Assembly: GCA_035419245.1 (NCBI GenBank)
Contig: DAOLSP010000001.1
Span: forward strand, 203,364-267,363
DNA: 64,000 nt
Source of the DNA: a bacterium
GTDB taxonomy: Bacteria; Zhuqueibacterota; Zhuqueibacteria; Residuimicrobiales; Residuimicrobiaceae
Reading direction: 5' to 3'
The notes under the pieces are model-generated. The model had not been told where the DNA came from. It worked only from the letters and a program-made list of their open reading frames with translations, and did no database searches. This document shows positions 26,317 through 36,042 of the stretch, piece by piece (the stretch's first letter is position 1; each line of letters begins with the position of its first letter). A program made the position numbers and the translations under genes.

Positions 26317-27276
26317 TTACTTGACCAGCAGCATCTTTTTAACATCGTGGAACGAGCCCATGGTGATGCTGTAGACATAGACCCCGGAAGGCAGGGCGTG
26401 CGCATCAAAGGTGACCCGATGCACGCCCGCCGTCTTTTTCTCATTGACCAGAGTCCGCACCTCACGGCCGAGCAGATCAAAAACCTTGAGGGTGACCATC
26501 CCCTCCTGCTTGACCCGGAAGACGATCTCGGTCTGGGGATTGAAAGGATTGGGGAAATTCTGCGTCAATTCATAGCGCTGCGGGGCTGTGACTTCCACCT
26601 CACGCACATCGGAGTAGGTGAAGGCGCCGTTGCGGTCGATTTGCCGCAGGCGGTAAAAATAGGTGCCCACCTCAACCTTGCTGTCGGTGAAACCGTAACT
26701 CTGCGCGAGATTGGTGGAGCCAGCGCCGGCGACGAAGCCCAGCCGGGTAAAGGATTTACCATCCAGACTGCGTTCGACGTCGAAGCCGAGATTGTTGCTT
26801 TCGCCTACGGTATGCCACTCCAGCAGGACCACATCACTGAGGGAGGTGTTCTTCACCGCGGCGGTGAAGGTAGTGAGCTCGACGGGCAGCGAGACACTGC
26901 CAACAATCTCATAGGGATCCTCCGTGGTGACATAGGAGATCGATTTGGCAGCGCCGTAAAAGGGGCTGGTCGTCAAAACGTTTTCGAACTTGACCACCAG
27001 GGTATCCCCGGCCTGCCAGTTGGCATAAGAAATCATCGGGGTTTGCTTGAGTTCAACACTCCATCCACCCCCCGTGGCGCAGTAATTGGCCTGACTGGTA
27101 TCGCCCGGCGATTTGGTCAGAAAGGCCTGAAACCTGATCTCGCCGGCGGCGGGCACCGAGCCGTCCGGATTGAGGAATTTTCCACCCACGATATGGGGCA
27201 TCATATCACCCTGCGCGTACAAGGTGCCGATCTGACCCAACGCAAACAAGGCCAGCGCGAAATATTTGAGTCTCAT
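26317..27276 (-). CDS. Secreted protein with Ig-like domain and T9SS-like/FlgD-Ig C-terminal sorting domain
   Basis: Signal peptide; LPVELTTFTA...LEWHT..ESNNLGFDVERS Ig motif; QNFPNPFNP...SGVYVY...KKMLLVK. Confidence 0.88.
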   Translation of the reverse strand: MRLKYFALALFALGQIGTLYAQGDMMPHIVGGKFLNPDGSVPAAGEIRFQAFLTKSPGDTSQANYCATGGGWSVELKQTPMISYANWQAGDTLVVKFENVLTTSPFYGAAKSISYVTTEDPYEIVGSVSLPVELTTFTAAVKNTSLSDVVLLEWHTVGESNNLGFDVERSLDGKSFTRLGFVAGAGSTNLAQSYGFTDSKVEVGTYFYRLRQIDRNGAFTYSDVREVEVTAPQRYELTQNFPNPFNPQTEIVFRVKQEGMVTLKVFDLLGREVRTLVNEKKTAGVHRVTFDAHALPSGVYVYSITMGSFHDVKKMLLVK

Positions 27277-27291
27277 GACGATCCCTCCTGA

Positions 27292-30200
27292 TTAACGAGT
27301 ATATGTGGGCCAGACGGCTGGCGCGGTCTTGTTGACCTGGATCAGAACCGGATCACCCGGGGCGACACTGAACGGGGTCATCGGATTGCCGAAGTTGAGC
27401 GACGGCAGCCAGTACTGGCTGAATCCGCGGCCGTCGGCGCCGACCTTGAGCAGCACTTCCACACCACCGATCTCGGCAGCCAACTGACTGGCGTTGGTGA
27501 TCTCCGGCCGGTCTAACGGCACGATGATTTCGTTGTAGGTGTACTTGGCCGTCGTGCTCAACCTGAACTGAAGCTCGCCGGGGTTCGGCACTGCGCCGCA
27601 ATAGAACCACTTCTCCGGGGCGGTATCATCCGCCTGAATCAGGACCGGCATGCCGCTGTGGAGGGCGAAGGGCGTCGCCGGGAAATTCAGATCCGGCAAA
27701 TAATAGGTGCTGTAGCCGTTGGTTGCCGGGTTGATCTGCAGCACCACCTTGACGCCGGAGCCGATGGCCTCGGCGAGATCCTTGGCATTGCGGATCGGGC
27801 TCTCCAGCGGCAAGGAGAGATAATTATAGCGCGGTTTGGCTGCGCGGACTAGTGCAAAGCCATATTTGCCGACGCGGCGGGAAAGCGCGGAGTAGTTGTC
27901 GCTGTCGACGGCGCGGACGACATAATATTGACGCAGCGTTTCACTGTTGACCATCAGCGTAGTGTCCGAGGTGGCTGCCAGCAGCGTGCCTTCCACATCC
28001 GGGTCGAAATAGGGTTTGGAGTCATGCACATAGACGCGGTATCTGATGGTGCCGGTGCGTTCGAGCGAGCCATTGACACCGCGGGTCACCGGATTCCAAT
28101 GCAGATTGACGGCGGCGCCCTTCTTATCCGCAGCCAGCCGTGCCGGGGCCATCGGCGCAATGTTGTCTATCGCCCGGCCGCTGCCCATGGCAGCGCCGGA
28201 AACCACCGAACCGCCCATGGTGCCGAGCACCGAGGTGACCGGGTTCGAGCCCTCCTGGCTGTGAATGAGCAGGGGAACCGCCCCCGCCGTAGTCTGCGGC
28301 AAGGCGGCCAGCGTCGCGCCACCGCCCTTGACCGCAGCAGCCGGAGGCACCCAGACCGCCCGCACATAAAAAGCCATCGTGTCGCTGCTGACAACCGGCA
28401 GATCGACCGCCATGACCGTCGAGCCTGTGCCGGAGGGATTGTAAGCGGCGATTTGCTGCGGCCAGTAGTGGAGCGTATCCTCGCCGTTGATCGTGTAAAA
28501 GATCTCGTAATAGTTAATCACCGGCGTGGCGCCCATGCCCTGATGGTTGGCCGAGAACGGCCACTTCAGGGTAATCCAGCCGCCCTGATCGCCCGGCACA
28601 TCCTGCACCGTCAAATAATCCGGCTGATCGATGATCGGATCGATCACCGTGATCGCGCTCGAAGAGGCGGAATCCAGAGGATAAATATCCGTGCCGATCG
28701 AAACAGAGAGGATGAGGTTGTTGGTGCTCACCCAGCTGGTGAAGCGGAAGACGCCGATGCCTTCGGTCAGCTTCTTGGGACCGCTGGGCATGACGATCTC
28801 GCTCGACTGGAGATTGCTCGAGAAGGTCAAATAGCCGGCGAAATTCTTGTCGATCACACCATACTTGTCGCGAGCGATCACCTGCACATCAAAGGGGACG
28901 CCACGGACCTGGGCGCCGGCGACTACCGGCTGGATCACAAAAGAGCAGGCGGCGTTGCTCGTCACAGCGACCCAGCTGGTCTGGGTATTGCTGTTCGAGA
29001 CCGGCGTCACCAGATCTTCCTCGACCCCCGGTGCATCGTAGCGGAGGATGCCCTCGGCCTTGGGATCCCAACCCAGGGAAGAACTATAGGAGAAAGTGTT
29101 GAGCAGGACCTTGCCCGGGGAGACCTCCCGCGCATCGCTAATGGGCCAGGCGCCGACGTAATTGGCTCTGGGGGCCATGTTGAGATAGAAATCGGTGCTG
29201 TAGACCGACCAGTCGGCCAGATCCTCGCTCATAAATACCTCGACGTCAAAGCGGCTGATCGTCTTGGCGCTCATGATGGCCGGACCGGCATTGTCTTTTT
29301 CAGCCGTCAGGCCCACCGGGAGCGGGGCCATGGGGTTGTCCGCCCAGTCGGTGAAGCCGTTATTGGCTGTAACCACCACATCCGGCACATCACCGGTATC
29401 GCCACCATAGGGTGTCAAGGCCGGTCCGCTGCCAGTGGTTTCATCAAATTGGATATAGGCCGCAACCGTATCCCCATAAGTGTTGATAGCCGCAGGCTGG
29501 TAATAGGCATAGCCCGGATTGTAGACATTGAGGTCCACCACCAGGTTTTTCTTCAGGCCATCATAACCCGTGATGGTCCAGTTGGCCGGCCTGAAGGAGC
29601 GCTTGGGATAGATCGGCGAGAGATCATCATAGATGAAGCGGTAGTGATCGATCTTGCCATCGGCATCCAAGTCCACCGTCGCCAGGCTGAGGAGGATCGG
29701 CGGAATGTTGTCGCGTTCAACCTTGACATCCGAACCCAGCAACGTCCGGGTGGTGCCGCTGAGGCTCAGCTCGTTGTCATATTGCATGTTGCCGTTGGGC
29801 GTAACGGCCAGATCGTTGACCAGCGATTGCGCCCTGAAGTTGATGGCGCCGCTGTCGTTTTTGGTCCAAGCCAGCCCGGTATGATTGAGATAGACGATGC
29901 TGTCGGTGCGCGCCGGGGACATGCCAGTGAAATAGATCTGAATCCCGGAGACGTCATAGTTGGAGAGGCCCACGAACCACTTGAAAAGAGGCGAAGGCAT
30001 GCCGGGCGTTGGACTGATCGGCCAGCTGGCCGTGTTGACCTTCTCGCTGAAGACCAGGCGGATGCGCTTGGTCCCAGCCGTCAAGGCGCGGATGATCGCG
30101 GGGCCGGCGGTATCGAGAATCTGCACCACCTGCGCGTTGTTCGCCGAAAGGGCGATATCCGAGCTGTAAAGGGCTTCCACCAAGCCGTTGTTGACCGGCT

Positions 30201-31827
30201 CATTGAGGCCGTTGGGATCGCCGGGATTGGTGTAGGTCACCCGCGGGATCAAGCCGGTGTTGGCCACTTTGGGCGAGGTAGCCGTCAGGATCACGCGCAG
30301 GGTGTTGGCGGAAATCCAGGCGCCGGTGCCACCGATCGTCAGCAGCCCTTCGCCACTGATTTGGAGGCCGGCCGTGCTGACGCGTGCGGTGTTCATGGCA
30401 TGGTCAAAAACGATATCGGCATAATCCAGATAGCCCCAGCCATTGGGACCGCCGGTGGTCAGGTCTGCGGGCAAAATGGCGTCGTGGGTCATGACTTGCG
30501 TGATGATCGGGTAAATGCCGTCGGTGATGGGCACCACAGCGCCGGGCCCATTGGTCGGAGCGGTGGGGGGTGCCAGGGCCAGCGATTCGCCATTGTAGTT
30601 GCCGACGGCGTCGGTGACCTGGCGATCGGCCACGTAGACGATGGTGCCGACTTCATTGCCGGACGCATAGTCGGTGGTCAGCTGAAACTCGTAGGTGGCC
30701 GATGGAGCCAGGCCGGAATTGGGAGAAACGATCACACTGATCGGATTGGGCGAGGGGCTGGTGGTCGTAGTGATCACCGTGAAATCAACACCTTGCACGC
30801 TGGCATAATCGAGCGGTTCGCTGAAGGTCACCTCGATGCGCTTGGTTGCCAGGGCGGCGGCCAGGGGCTGACGACGGGTGGCGCGCTTGGTATGGGCACT
30901 GATGATCGCCGGACCGGCCTTGTCCGTCAAGGTGCGCGAGTGGCTTTCGGCATAGGCCTGGAACTGCGAGGTAGTCGCCTCGCGGAAACGGTCGGTTGTG
31001 CTCAGCGGCTTGGTGTAGGTCAGGGTCGGGGTGATGCCGCTGTTGGGCGCGCTAGAGCGCACCCACAAGGTGAAGCGCTTGGACATGCCGCCCACCAGAT
31101 TCCAGACGCCGATCGATTCCATGCTGTGGATGGTGCTGCCGAGACCGCTGAAGATTTGATCGTTGACCGTGACGTTGGAGGGATTCATCGGCTCGCTCCA
31201 GATCAGGTCGATGCGATCGATATAGCCGTCAAACGCCACGCGGTTGCCGACATGGACACCACTCACCGGATTCGAATTGCCGCTGCCGTCGTCATAATAG
31301 AGAGCCTGGCGGATCGTAGGGGTAATGCCGTCGTCGCATTCGATATAGACGGAGGGGTATTGAATCACGCCCCAGGGGCCGGAGATTCCGGTCCCGCTGA
31401 TCTGCAAGCCGCCCCCTTCAACCAACCAGATCCAGGGACGCAAATTGGTGTCGTACGGATAAGGCGTCGAGGTCCCCTGCCGGATGGGCAGATAAATGGC
31501 ATCATCATTGTTGCCGCCCGGCACTCCCGGGGGCGATGTGAAGATGTCGCCAGGACCGCGCAGGGTGTAGAGATCACCCGGATTGGTGCTGATGTTGTTG
31601 TCGCCATCGACATTCAAATCGATGCGAAATTCGGTGCCGGTAAAGTTGTCGTTGAGGTAGGTTCTTGTGCCACCGGCCACATTGAAGACGACCTTGATCC
31701 AGGCCGCCGTGCCCGTCTGCAGAGGATCGGCGGTCTCCCGGCGCAGAATTTGCGCTGAAAGGTCTGCCGCGGCCCCGAACAAGAGCGCAAGGACGAACAT
31801 GATGCGTAACATCGGAGTCAACTTCAT
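27292..31827 (-). CDS. Large secreted Ig-like repeat surface protein (1511 aa)
   Basis: Signal peptide after SD ggagg (MKLTPMLRIM). Six approx. 135-aa units start with D.xGP.I / D.IxP.I; FN3-like DVPGDQGG and DNIAP segments; two C-terminal approx. 95-aa repeats. Confidence 0.85.
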   Translation of the reverse strand: MKLTPMLRIMFVLALLFGAAADLSAQILRRETADPLQTGTAAWIKVVFNVAGGTRTYLNDNFTGTEFRIDLNVDGDNNISTNPGDLYTLRGPGDIFTSPPGVPGGNNDDAIYLPIRQGTSTPYPYDTNLRPWIWLVEGGGLQISGTGISGPWGVIQYPSVYIECDDGITPTIRQALYYDDGSGNSNPVSGVHVGNRVAFDGYIDRIDLIWSEPMNPSNVTVNDQIFSGLGSTIHSMESIGVWNLVGGMSKRFTLWVRSSAPNSGITPTLTYTKPLSTTDRFREATTSQFQAYAESHSRTLTDKAGPAIISAHTKRATRRQPLAAALATKRIEVTFSEPLDYASVQGVDFTVITTTTSPSPNPISVIVSPNSGLAPSATYEFQLTTDYASGNEVGTIVYVADRQVTDAVGNYNGESLALAPPTAPTNGPGAVVPITDGIYPIITQVMTHDAILPADLTTGGPNGWGYLDYADIVFDHAMNTARVSTAGLQISGEGLLTIGGTGAWISANTLRVILTATSPKVANTGLIPRVTYTNPGDPNGLNEPVNNGLVEALYSSDIALSANNAQVVQILDTAGPAIIRALTAGTKRIRLVFSEKVNTASWPISPTPGMPSPLFKWFVGLSNYDVSGIQIYFTGMSPARTDSIVYLNHTGLAWTKNDSGAINFRAQSLVNDLAVTPNGNMQYDNELSLSGTTRTLLGSDVKVERDNIPPILLSLATVDLDADGKIDHYRFIYDDLSPIYPKRSFRPANWTITGYDGLKKNLVVDLNVYNPGYAYYQPAAINTYGDTVAAYIQFDETTGSGPALTPYGGDTGDVPDVVVTANNGFTDWADNPMAPLPVGLTAEKDNAGPAIMSAKTISRFDVEVFMSEDLADWSVYSTDFYLNMAPRANYVGAWPISDAREVSPGKVLLNTFSYSSSLGWDPKAEGILRYDAPGVEEDLVTPVSNSNTQTSWVAVTSNAACSFVIQPVVAGAQVRGVPFDVQVIARDKYGVIDKNFAGYLTFSSNLQSSEIVMPSGPKKLTEGIGVFRFTSWVSTNNLILSVSIGTDIYPLDSASSSAITVIDPIIDQPDYLTVQDVPGDQGGWITLKWPFSANHQGMGATPVINYYEIFYTINGEDTLHYWPQQIAAYNPSGTGSTVMAVDLPVVSSDTMAFYVRAVWVPPAAAVKGGGATLAALPQTTAGAVPLLIHSQEGSNPVTSVLGTMGGSVVSGAAMGSGRAIDNIAPMAPARLAADKKGAAVNLHWNPVTRGVNGSLERTGTIRYRVYVHDSKPYFDPDVEGTLLAATSDTTLMVNSETLRQYYVVRAVDSDNYSALSRRVGKYGFALVRAAKPRYNYLSLPLESPIRNAKDLAEAIGSGVKVVLQINPATNGYSTYYLPDLNFPATPFALHSGMPVLIQADDTAPEKWFYCGAVPNPGELQFRLSTTAKYTYNEIIVPLDRPEITNASQLAAEIGGVEVLLKVGADGRGFSQYWLPSLNFGNPMTPFSVAPGDPVLIQVNKTAPAVWPTYTR

Positions 31828-32128
31828 TTTCGCCTCCATTTGGTTCTTCGTTGATGACGGAGTTGCGCCGCTACCGGTTTTGCAGCCCGAAAACCGGGGG
31901 CGCAAAGCAGCCATAGTAGTATACTCTGCGGGCCTCATCGCAAATTCAATGCCATAGATAAATGCAACCTTTTTTTCGCTTATGGATTGAGATCGTCGTC
32001 ACAAAGTGCTATCGCGCCCAGAGCACGCCCTTTGTTATTAATGTAATTAGCCCTTTTCCAATTCTGCGGTCAACACCATCATTTTTGACGATTTATAGCT
32101 ATTACTGACAGAGTCTATCCCCGTTCCG

Positions 32129-32162
32129 TGTTTCCATGAAACATTGTTCAGCGATGAAACAT
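32129..32162. promoter_or_regulatory. Cluster of TGAAACA half-sites, candidate operator array
   Basis: TGTTTC-CAT-GAAACA palindrome (32129-32143), and ATGAAACAT directly repeated at 32136 and 32154. Confidence 0.35.
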
Positions 32163-32378
32163 GTAAGGCCCCGCGTCGCTGCGCCCGCGCCCGTCTGTAT
32201 GATATTACTCCATTTCGATCAATTTTCGGCGGAAGCCGTATGCTTTTACTTTTATTTTTAAACACGAATGGTTACATTAGGTTATCCGTTTCCTAACCGC
32301 CTCCGGCACCATGCCGCCTCTTCCGGGAGCCCTGCAGCGCAGAACTTGCGGAGGCCTGAAGCATACCCTTTCGAGAAG

Positions 32379-33791
32379 ATGAAAAAGAAGAGACCACACT
32401 TTGATGTTCCCATTCTCAGAGCCATCGGTGCGGTGGCCGACCACGCCGGCTGCGCAGCCTATGCTGTTGGCGGCTATGTCCGCGACCGCTTGCTCGGTAG
32501 AACCGGCAAGGACATCGATATCGTGGTGGTCGGCGATGGTACGGCCTTCGCCCAGCAGTTGGCCGACCACCTTAATATAGCAAATATTTCGATATTTAAA
32601 AAGTTCGGCACAGCGATGCTGCGCTACCGCGGCCTGTCGATTGAGGTGGTCGGAGCTCGCCGCGAGAGCTACCGCAGCGATTCACGTCATCCCGAGGTGA
32701 GCAGCGCCGATCTCGAGACCGATTTGGCGCGCCGCGACTTTACCATCAATGCCCTGGCGGTGTCCCTGAACGGAGCCCGCTACGGCGAGGTGATCGATCC
32801 CTTTGCCGGACGAGCCGATCTCGAAGCCGGCATCCTGCGCACACCGCTCGATGCGGTCCGGACTTTCAGTGACGATCCGCTGCGGATCCTGCGCGCCATC
32901 CGCTTTGCGGCGCAACTGCAGTTCGAGATCGAACCTCTTACCTTTCAGGCTCTGGGCAGCGAACGCGAGCGCTTGCACATCATCTCGCAGGAGCGCATCA
33001 GCGAGGAGCTTGTGAAGATGATCGCCAGCCGCAAACCCTCGATCGCGCTGCGGCTGCTGAGCGACAGCGGCGTCCTCGATCTGGTTTTACCGGAGGTCGC
33101 CGCCCTCAAGGGAGTCGAACAGATTGCCAGCTTCCGCCACAAGGATGTCTTTGAGCATACGCTCAAGGTCGTCGACAATGTGGCCCAGGTCTCGGATCAG
33201 CTCGGGCTGCGGTTCGCCGCCCTTTTTCATGACATCGCCAAGCCGCAGACTAAGGAATTCAAACCCGGCACCGGCTGGAGCTTTCACGGTCACGAGGAGC
33301 TGGGCGCCCGCCTTTTCCCGGCTATCGGCCGGCGGCTGCGTTTGCCCCAGGAGATGATCGACTATATTCAAAAACTCATCCGGCTGCATTTGCGGCCGAT
33401 TCATCTAGCCGAGGAAGGGGTGACCGATTCAGCGATCCGCCGTCTGATCTTTCTCGGCGGAGCGGACCTGGACGATCTGATCACCCTTTGCCGTGCCGAT
33501 ATCACATCCGGCAATGCCGGGCGGGTCGCCCGCCATCTCGCCAACTTTGACATCGTGGTCAAACGCATGCAGGAAGTGGAAGAGCGGGACCGGCTGCGCG
33601 CCTTCCAGCCCCCCGTCCGCGGCGACGAGATCATGTCCACGCTCGGTCTGGCACCAGGTCCAATGGTCGGCACGATCAAGAAGGCGCTCGAGGAAGCCAT
33701 CCTCGATGGTCTGATCCCCAACGAACACGACGCCGCCTTTGCCTACATGCTGCAGGTCAAGGACCGGCTCCTGACCGGGCAGACGGAATAA
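32379..33791 (+). CDS. cca: CCA tRNA nucleotidyltransferase with HD domain
   Basis: VGGYVRD...DIDI, DLARRDFTINALA, DDPLRILRAIRF and FHDIAK. Confidence 0.9.
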   Translation: MKKKRPHFDVPILRAIGAVADHAGCAAYAVGGYVRDRLLGRTGKDIDIVVVGDGTAFAQQLADHLNIANISIFKKFGTAMLRYRGLSIEVVGARRESYRSDSRHPEVSSADLETDLARRDFTINALAVSLNGARYGEVIDPFAGRADLEAGILRTPLDAVRTFSDDPLRILRAIRFAAQLQFEIEPLTFQALGSERERLHIISQERISEELVKMIASRKPSIALRLLSDSGVLDLVLPEVAALKGVEQIASFRHKDVFEHTLKVVDNVAQVSDQLGLRFAALFHDIAKPQTKEFKPGTGWSFHGHEELGARLFPAIGRRLRLPQEMIDYIQKLIRLHLRPIHLAEEGVTDSAIRRLIFLGGADLDDLITLCRADITSGNAGRVARHLANFDIVVKRMQEVEERDRLRAFQPPVRGDEIMSTLGLAPGPMVGTIKKALEEAILDGLIPNEHDAAFAYMLQVKDRLLTGQTE

Positions 33792-33860
33792 TCCGAAACT
33801 TTTCCATCCCTAATTCGTCTTTGTATTAGTTGCTTTTTACATCATGAAGGAGGCATCACA

Positions 33861-34589
33861 ATGCAGCCCAATTCGACTCCCGGTGTCCCCCCCACAACCG
33901 AAGGCAACCTGAGTTTTCTGCAGCGGCTCATCCAGCTCTTCATCAAGCCCAGTGCGGCGTTTGCGGCCGTGCGCCAGAATCCGCGTTGGATCACCCCCGC
34001 GATCGTGGTGCTGCTGCTCACAGCGGGAATGACCTGGTATCTCACCCCGGCCATCCAGAAGGAGCAACGTGAGCGCATGACCGCGCAGATGGAAAAGCGC
34101 GGTATGGATCAGGAGCAAATCGCCACGGCCGTCGAGGGGATCAACAAGCCCTGGATGAAGTATATGATGCTCGGCTCCGCGGTCGTCGGCAGCCTGCTGG
34201 TCATCCTGGCGATGGCGGGCATCTGGCTCCTGGTGGCCAAGAGCGTGCTTGGCGGCGAGGCCTGTTATGCGCACATGCTGGAGGTTGTCTCCCTCAGCAT
34301 GATCATTCCGACGCTGGGCATGTTATTCAAGGCGCCCATCATCCATTACAAGGAGACGATGAACGTCCATTTCAGCCTGGCCACCTTCATGCCGGACTCA
34401 AGCCGCGACAGCTTTCTCTACAAATTTCTCATGAACAGCGATTTTTTCAACATCTGGTTCATCGCGGTGCTTTGCATCGGCATCGCCGTCGTCTCTGGTC
34501 TCAAGGTGCAGAAGGTCTGGCCGGTCGTGGTCGGCCTGCTGGTCGTCTGGTATCTGGCCTCCGCAGCCATCGGCGGCCTCTTCGCCTGA
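33861..34589 (+). CDS. Yip1-family membrane protein (YknW-like)
   Basis: F.KPSAAF...PRW; about 5 TM segments; SD ggagg; heads an export operon. Confidence 0.8.
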   Translation: MQPNSTPGVPPTTEGNLSFLQRLIQLFIKPSAAFAAVRQNPRWITPAIVVLLLTAGMTWYLTPAIQKEQRERMTAQMEKRGMDQEQIATAVEGINKPWMKYMMLGSAVVGSLLVILAMAGIWLLVAKSVLGGEACYAHMLEVVSLSMIIPTLGMLFKAPIIHYKETMNVHFSLATFMPDSSRDSFLYKFLMNSDFFNIWFIAVLCIGIAVVSGLKVQKVWPVVVGLLVVWYLASAAIGGLFA

Positions 34590-34629
34590 TGTCCCCCCAC
34601 GCATTGGATCTCAACAGGAGTAGCGTTTC

Positions 34630-36006
34630 ATGAACAAGTGCACGGCTCTGATTTTGACCCTGCTTCTCGGCGCCGGCGCCCTCCTCGCCCAGGAAACCGC
34701 CCCGGCGGATCTGACCCTGCAGGAGTGTATCGCCATCGCCCTGGAAAACAACTCTACCCTGCGCGTCGCGCAGAAAAACCTCGCCATCGCCGGAACCAGT
34801 GTCACGACGGCCACGGCGGCCTGGCTACCGCAGATCAACAGCTCCTTCAGCACCGGCAAATTCATCCAGGGCGCGCGCGTCGACAAGACCGATGTGCCGT
34901 CCGGGATCGATCCGGTGACCGGACGCGTCATTTACAAGCAGCAGTCGATCTATCAGGAACAGATCGAGCGCAACTCGCATTCCATGCGGCTCTCGCTGAA
35001 TCAGAACATCTTTGATTTCGGTCAAACCCTGAACAGCATCAAGGCGGCCAAAACGGAGCAGCAAGCCAGTGCCCAAAATGTCGAGAACACCCGCCAGGCG
35101 GTGATCTTTAACGTCAAGAGCGCCTATTACGAACTGCTCAAGGCGATCCACCTCGAACAGGTCTATCAGGATGCCGCCAAGCTGGCCGAAGAAGAAGTCA
35201 ACCGTGCGCAGACTATGATGGATATCGGCATCTCCTCGCAATCAGAGGTCTATCAGGCCAAAGTCACGCTCGGCTCCGCCCGCACCGCCCTGATCACACA
35301 GCAGAATGCGGTCGAGGCCGCCAAGGCCGACCTCAATAATGCGCTCGGCCGCAATCCCAGCACCCCGGTAGGGGTGCGTGAGGAGGAGAGCCAGACGATC
35401 TTCCCGACAATCTCCTTTGAGGAAGCCGCCCGGACCGCCATCCAGAACAATGCCGCCCTCAAGGCCTATGAACTCCAGTCCAAGGCGAGCCTCTTTTCCC
35501 TGCGCATGGCCCAGATGCGCTACATGCCGAGCATCGGCGGTAGTGTCAGTTACTCCCGCTCCAACGAAGACATCGGCCGTGTATTTTCTTCCAAACTGGA
35601 TCAGGATTTCAGCGCCACCCTGGGCCTCGGCATCGATCTCAATATTTTCAACGGCCTCTCCGACAAAGCGGGCGTGCAGCGCGCCAAATTGAATCATCAG
35701 ATCGATGAGGAAAATCTGGCGGAGCAGAAACGCCTTCTCACCGCCCAGGTCAAACAGTATTTTCTGCAGCTCGAGGCCTACAAGGATTTTCTCGAGATCA
35801 ATCAGCAGAACATCGAGGCGGCTCGTGAAAGCCTGCGGTTACAGCAGGAAAAACGCCGCGTCGGTTCCGGTACCGAGCTGGAAGTCACCCAGGCGCAGGT
35901 CGAACTGACCAAAGCCTTGGCCAATCTGGTCAATGCCGAATATGAAGCCAAGATCGCCAGAGCCCGGCTCGAATCCGCCATGGGTGTAGCTGAAGCGGGA
36001 CTATAG
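34630..36006 (+). CDS. TolC-family outer membrane channel
   Basis: Signal peptide, LTLQECIAIALENN, two OEP repeats and GTELEVTQAQ. Confidence 0.92.
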   Translation: MNKCTALILTLLLGAGALLAQETAPADLTLQECIAIALENNSTLRVAQKNLAIAGTSVTTATAAWLPQINSSFSTGKFIQGARVDKTDVPSGIDPVTGRVIYKQQSIYQEQIERNSHSMRLSLNQNIFDFGQTLNSIKAAKTEQQASAQNVENTRQAVIFNVKSAYYELLKAIHLEQVYQDAAKLAEEEVNRAQTMMDIGISSQSEVYQAKVTLGSARTALITQQNAVEAAKADLNNALGRNPSTPVGVREEESQTIFPTISFEEAARTAIQNNAALKAYELQSKASLFSLRMAQMRYMPSIGGSVSYSRSNEDIGRVFSSKLDQDFSATLGLGIDLNIFNGLSDKAGVQRAKLNHQIDEENLAEQKRLLTAQVKQYFLQLEAYKDFLEINQQNIEAARESLRLQQEKRRVGSGTELEVTQAQVELTKALANLVNAEYEAKIARARLESAMGVAEAGL

Positions 36007-36042
36007 CGCAGAGCAGATGCCAATCCAAGAGGGAGTAACTCC

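Noticed and set aside
27928-31758. 1276-aa plus-strand ORF
   Set aside because: Antisense shadow of the Ig-repeat gene in GC-rich DNA; no motifs and low-complexity R/G/D-rich composition.
32129-32143. parS site
   Set aside because: 15 bp rather than 16 bp, with a non-consensus centre; kept only as a generic operator candidate.
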